From: Tissierellia bacterium
GTDB lineage: Bacteria > Bacillota > Clostridia > Tissierellales > Peptoniphilaceae
DNA length: 64,000 nt
Direction of reading: 5' to 3'
Assembly (NCBI GenBank): GCA_030527425.1
Contig: JAUNAV010000002.1
Coordinates: 12,601-76,600, forward strand
Part shown: piece by piece, positions 59,992 to 64,000 of the stretch
How the letters are laid out: each line of letters starts with the position of its first letter
How positions within the stretch are numbered: position 1 is the first letter of the stretch
The notes under the pieces: model-generated
What the model saw: the letters and a program-made list of their open reading frames with translations, nothing else
The model's database searches: none
Told to the model about the DNA's origin: nothing
Program-made: the position numbers and the translations under genes

Positions 59992-60930
59992 ATGAGAAAA
60001 AATGGTTTTATTTCAGTTTTAGCTTTGATGCTTTTGTTGTTTTTAACTATAACTATAAGTTTTTCTTATGTTAAAATAAGAAATTCGAAGAATATAAATG
60101 AAAATATTATTAACAGGAAAAAGGCAATATATAATTCTGAAAGTGCAGTTAATATTGCATTTTTTGATCAAGATGATGATATTAAACATTTATTAGAAAA
60201 CAAATACATATCTTATATGTATAGGAAGAATTTAGACCTTAATCAATTCAAAAAATTTTATAAAAGTGCTTTTAATGACCAAAATTATATAATCGAAACA
60301 TCATCTATAGAAGGTATTTCTAATGTGAGATTAAAGTATAATTCAACACTTAACAATTTTACTTTAACATCACAAAGTAAAATTGAAAATACACGTGCTA
60401 AGGCAAATCTTAATTTTGATTTAATTGGTAATTTTTTACTTCCTGAAAATTCGGAGACTTATCATCTTATCGAAAATCCAAAAGCACTGGAATTAATAGA
60501 GGATGTAAATTTTAACAATTATGATTTGTATATTTACAAAAATTTAGATCTTTCTAAATTTCAAAATAAGGATATTTATTTATATCAAAATAATGACCTA
60601 ATAGTAGGAGATAAAAAATCATCAAATGTTACTAGCGATTCAAATAAAAAAATCAAAAGTGTGAACAAATATTATTTAAATGGTATACTAGTAATAGAAG
60701 GTAATATTATTTTAAACAAAGATCTAAATTTTCAAGGACTTATAATTTTAAAAGATGGAAATATTATTTATAATAATAAAAGTAAACTATTTCTTAAAGG
60801 AGCCTTATTAACTAGTAATGAAATCGATGATTCAAATCTCGAAATTAAATTTAATAAGGATTGTATAGATTATATTTCAGATATTGAGAATTTTTATGCT
60901 TTGGATAAAAAATCAATAACTATTGAATAA
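59992..60930 (+). CDS. pilus-operon terminal protein, 312 aa, with N-terminal hydrophobic anchor lacking E+5 (ComGG/PilX-like position), Asn-rich
   Basis: MRKNGFISVLALMLLLFLTITISF. SD ggagaa at 59982-59987. The ORF-track start at 59923 overlaps the previous gene and is rejected. Confidence 0.5.
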   Translation: MRKNGFISVLALMLLLFLTITISFSYVKIRNSKNINENIINRKKAIYNSESAVNIAFFDQDDDIKHLLENKYISYMYRKNLDLNQFKKFYKSAFNDQNYIIETSSIEGISNVRLKYNSTLNNFTLTSQSKIENTRAKANLNFDLIGNFLLPENSETYHLIENPKALELIEDVNFNNYDLYIYKNLDLSKFQNKDIYLYQNNDLIVGDKKSSNVTSDSNKKIKSVNKYYLNGILVIEGNIILNKDLNFQGLIILKDGNIIYNNKSKLFLKGALLTSNEIDDSNLEIKFNKDCIDYISDIENFYALDKKSITIE

Positions 60931-60942
60931 TGGAGGTAAAAT

Positions 60943-62133
60943 TTGAAAATTCTAGTAATCAATTGTGGAAGTTCTTCTTTAAAATATCAATTATTTGATA
61001 TGGAAAAAGAAGAAGTGATGGTAAAAGGACTTGTAGAGAGAATAGGAATAGAAGGATCTCGACTAATACAAGAAGTTGAAGGCAAGGATAAATTCATTAT
61101 TGAAAAAGAAATGAAAGACCATACCAAAGCAGTTTCATATGTCTTTGAAGCATTAACAGATAAAGAAAATGGTGTAATCAATGATCTTTCTGAAATAGAT
61201 GGAGTTGGTCATAGATTTGTACATGGTGGAGAAAAAATAGCAAAATCAGTGATAATAGACGATGAAGTGAAAAAAGCCGTTAAGGAATATACTAAATTTG
61301 CTCCACTTCATAATCCTGCAAATTTGATGGGTCTTGAGGCATGTGAAAAATTATTACCTAATGTCAAAAATGTAGCAGTATTTGACACAGCCTTCCATCA
61401 AACAATGCCACAGGAAAATTACTTATATGGAATAGATTATAAATTCTATGAAAAATATTCATTAAGAAAATATGGATTCCATGGAACAAGTCATAAATAT
61501 ATAACAAAAAGAGTAAGTGAATTACTTGAAAAACCACAAGAAAAAGTAAATCTAGTATCATGCCATTTAGGAAATGGATCAAGTTTATGTGCTGTTAAAA
61601 ATGGAGAAAGTATTGATACTACCATGGGACTAACTCCTCTAGAAGGACTAGTAATGGGTACAAGATCAGGAGATCTTGATCCAACTGTTGTAACTTTCTT
61701 AATGGATAATGAGAATATGACAACAGATGAAGTTAATAATGAACTAAATAAACATTCTGGTGTCTTAGGAATTTCAGGAGTAAGTTCAGATTTTAGAGAC
61801 TTGGAAGAAGCACAAGAAAAAGGAAATGAAAAAGCTGATGCAGCTCTTAAAATGTTTAGTAATAGAGTAAAGAAATATTTAGCAGGATATATGGCAGAGA
61901 TTGAAAATTGCGATGCAATAGTATTTACTGGAGGAATTGGAGAAAATTCTATCACAATGAGAGAAGACATTATGAAAGGCTTTGAACAATTTGGTATTAA
62001 AATTGATCATGACAAAAATAATGTCAGAGGTGGTGAACATGTAATTTCAACTGAAGATAGTTCAGTTAAAGTTATGGTGGTTGCTACAAATGAAGAACTA
62101 ATGATTGCTAAAGACACTCAAAATCTTATTTAA
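60943..62133 (+). CDS. ackA: acetate kinase (TTG start)
   Basis: ILVINCGSSSLKYQL, GHRFVHGG, FHGTSH, GGIGENS. Confidence 0.95.
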   Translation: MKILVINCGSSSLKYQLFDMEKEEVMVKGLVERIGIEGSRLIQEVEGKDKFIIEKEMKDHTKAVSYVFEALTDKENGVINDLSEIDGVGHRFVHGGEKIAKSVIIDDEVKKAVKEYTKFAPLHNPANLMGLEACEKLLPNVKNVAVFDTAFHQTMPQENYLYGIDYKFYEKYSLRKYGFHGTSHKYITKRVSELLEKPQEKVNLVSCHLGNGSSLCAVKNGESIDTTMGLTPLEGLVMGTRSGDLDPTVVTFLMDNENMTTDEVNNELNKHSGVLGISGVSSDFRDLEEAQEKGNEKADAALKMFSNRVKKYLAGYMAEIENCDAIVFTGGIGENSITMREDIMKGFEQFGIKIDHDKNNVRGGEHVISTEDSSVKVMVVATNEELMIAKDTQNLI

Positions 62134-62137
62134 TTAA

Positions 62138-62166
62138 TTGACATTTGATAAAAATAGATATATAAT
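62138..62166 (+). promoter_or_regulatory. consensus sigma-A promoter for rpmF
   Basis: TTGACA, 17-nt spacer, TATAAT (perfect hexamers), 5 nt after the ackA stop. Confidence 0.65.
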
Positions 62167-62204
62167 TAAGTAGATTGCTTATTCTCGTAAGAGGAGGTGT
62201 TAAG

Positions 62205-62384
62205 ATGGCAGTACCAAAGAGAAAAACATCTAAAACAAGAAGAGATAAAAGAAGAGCTTCATCATATAGATTACAAAAAGCTAGCTTTGTAGAATGCCCA
62301 AATTGCCATGAACCTATGATGCCCCATAGAGTTTGCCCAAATTGTGGTTATTACAAAGGTAAAGAAGTTCTTGATGTTGAATAA
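62205..62384 (+). CDS. rpmF: 50S ribosomal protein L32
   Basis: MAVPKRKTSKTRRDKRR and zinc ribbon CPNCHE...CPNCG. SD gaggaggtg upstream; the ORF-track start at 62175 is rejected. Confidence 0.95.
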   Translation: MAVPKRKTSKTRRDKRRASSYRLQKASFVECPNCHEPMMPHRVCPNCGYYKGKEVLDVE

Positions 62385-62412
62385 GATAGTGTTTTTTGCA
62401 CTATCTTTTTTC
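62383..62412 (+). terminator. intrinsic terminator after rpmF
   Basis: Stem gatagtg / cactatc followed by tttttt. Confidence 0.75.
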
Positions 62413-62435
62413 TTTAAGAATAAGGAGTAAAAAAA

Positions 62436-63434
62436 ATGAAAATCGTAATAGATACTTTAGGATCTGATAATGGAGCCAAAGATATAATAGATGCTTGCGT
62501 TGAAATATATAATTTAAAAAAAATTCAATTCGTTTTTGTGGGAGAAGAAAAGTTTTTAGAAAAACAATTAGAAAATAAGATTGAACCAAAAGACTATGAA
62601 ATAATAAATTCATTAGAAACGATAAGCAATGATGAAGATCCGGTTAGAGCGATTAGAAAAAAGAAAAAATCATCGATGGTTATGGCTTTTAATAGATTAA
62701 ATGACTCTGATTGCGATGGCTTGATTTCTTGTGGAAGCACTGGAGCTTTATTATCATGTGGAATTTTTATTACAGGTAGAATAAAATCTATCAAAAGAGC
62801 TACTTTAGCTGCTAGCATACCAACTTTGAAAGGAAATAGTCTCTTGGTAGATTCTGGTGCAAATGTTGATTGTAAAAGTGAATTTTTAAGAGACTTTGCA
62901 ATTATGGGAGATATTTATTCTAAATTTGTATTTGATAATAAAAAACCAAGAATTGGACTATTAAACATCGGAGTTGAGTCGCATAAAGGAAATAAGCTGT
63001 CGAAAGAAACTTATAAATTATTAAAAAATGAAAAACGAATTGATTTTATTGGTAATATAGAGGCAAGAGATATTTTAAATGGTACAGCTGATGTAATTGT
63101 AGCTGATGGATTTGATGGTAATATAGCTTTAAAAAGCGCTGAAGGTATGGCTGTTGCTATTTTAAATCAATTAAAAAGTGCTTTAAAATCATCTGCAAAA
63201 ACTAAATTTGCAGCTTTGCTTTTTAAAAGTGAGCTAAAGAACAGTCTTAAAGTATTTGATTATAAAGAAGTTGGAGGAGCGCCTTTATTGGGCGTAAACA
63301 AAGCAGTATTTAAAGCTCATGGAAATTCTGATAAAAGAGCGTTTAAAAATGCATTGTTGTTATTGATTGATTATATTGAAAAAGATGTTATAAGCTATTT
63401 AAAGGAGGAATTATGCTTAGAGAAAAATTTATAA
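62436..63434 (+). CDS. plsX: phosphate acyltransferase PlsX
   Basis: KIVIDTLGSDNG, GSTGALL, ADGFDGNIALK, GAPLLGV. Confidence 0.95.
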   Translation: MKIVIDTLGSDNGAKDIIDACVEIYNLKKIQFVFVGEEKFLEKQLENKIEPKDYEIINSLETISNDEDPVRAIRKKKKSSMVMAFNRLNDSDCDGLISCGSTGALLSCGIFITGRIKSIKRATLAASIPTLKGNSLLVDSGANVDCKSEFLRDFAIMGDIYSKFVFDNKKPRIGLLNIGVESHKGNKLSKETYKLLKNEKRIDFIGNIEARDILNGTADVIVADGFDGNIALKSAEGMAVAILNQLKSALKSSAKTKFAALLFKSELKNSLKVFDYKEVGGAPLLGVNKAVFKAHGNSDKRAFKNALLLLIDYIEKDVISYLKEELCLEKNL

Positions 63435-63643
63435 AAATAGTTGAAGACTCATTAGAACTTAGTGCCGATCAAATAGATTTTGATGCTGATTTAGTTAAAG
63501 ATTTGGATATAGATTCTATTGATCTTTTAGATTTCATTATGACTGTTGAGGATGAGTTTAATATCGAATTTGAAGAAGATGAATTAGATGATATTAAAAC
63601 TTTAAATCAAATGATTGAAAAAATAGAACAAAAAGAGGAATAA
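63413..63643 (+). CDS. acpP: acyl carrier protein
   Basis: 76 aa, acidic, with phosphopantetheine-site motif LDIDSIDLLDFIM. SD aaggagga upstream. Confidence 0.85.
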   Translation: MLREKFIKIVEDSLELSADQIDFDADLVKDLDIDSIDLLDFIMTVEDEFNIEFEEDELDDIKTLNQMIEKIEQKEE

Positions 63644-64000
63644 ATGGCGACTTTGAGTGATCAGAGAATTAAAGATCTTCAAAAATTTCAAAAGTTATAT
63701 TTAAAATATGAATTTAAAGATCTTAATTTACTAAATACATCATTGACTCATAGCTCATATGCTAATGAGTCAATGACAAAAAAAACAAAATTTAATGAAA
63801 GATTAGAGTTTTTAGGAGATAGTGTATTAGATTTAATTGTCAGCGAGGCGCTTTTTAAAAAACATATAGACTATCCAGAAGGAAAATTAACCAAAATAAG
63901 AAGTCAATTAGTATGCGAATCATCATTTGCTTTTGCTTCCGATCAATTGTCAATTTCTGACTTTTTGCTTTTAGGTAGAGGAGAGAAGCTTCATGGAGGT
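63644..64000 (+). CDS. rnc: ribonuclease III (5' part; truncated by the window end)
   Basis: LLNTSLTHSSYANE...ERLEFLGDSVLDL signature. The ORF runs open to position 64000. Confidence 0.9.
   Translation, partial: MATLSDQRIKDLQKFQKLYLKYEFKDLNLLNTSLTHSSYANESMTKKTKFNERLEFLGDSVLDLIVSEALFKKHIDYPEGKLTKIRSQLVCESSFAFASDQLSISDFLLLGRGEKLHGG

Overview
This 64-kb window is AT-rich (about 30% G+C by eye, not computed) and densely packed. It looks like the core chromosome of a low-GC Gram-positive bacterium (Bacillota). Gene order resembles the Bacillus/Clostridia housekeeping blocks ruvCAB-queA-tgt-yajC-recJ-rel-dtd-aspS, rplU-prp-rpmA-obg-yhbY-nadD-yqeK-rsfS-comEA, alaS-ireB-ruvX-DUF1292, ftsY-ylxM-ffh-rpsP-rimM-trmD-rplS-rbgA-rnhB, and rpsB-tsf-pyrH-frr. 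The Tissierellia / anaerobic-coccus type affiliation is inference only.

I call 80 CDS, 78 on the + strand and 2 on the - strand (the last, rnc, is truncated by the window end), several sigma-A-like promoters, 9 terminator hairpins and one structured rplU leader. I see no rRNA, tRNA, CRISPR array, transposase, integrase, prophage or recognisable defence gene. All non-coding gaps are under about 180 nt.

I do not find a convincing undescribed multi-gene system, and most of the window is ordinary. The best leads are:
- A Com/type-IV-pilus-like operon (56609-60930) sits between frr and ackA. It has no assembly ATPase in the window, an embedded prepilin peptidase, and an unusually large non-canonical terminal protein.
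- A YprB-like DEDD exonuclease with an uncharacterised C-terminal half lies on the opposite strand. It may be translated from a leaderless or SD-less mRNA.
- A monocistronic acidic 239-aa orphan lies upstream of ruvC.
- A 3-TM membrane ORF and a HAD hydrolase ORF overlap across an A6 run, where loss of one A would fuse them.
- A ThiF/TcdA-like gene is coupled to an RseC-like Cys-rich membrane gene.
- plsX-acpP-rnc has no fab genes, and rpmF has no upstream DUF177 gene.

All functional calls rest on motifs I recognise by eye in the supplied translations. No database search was possible.
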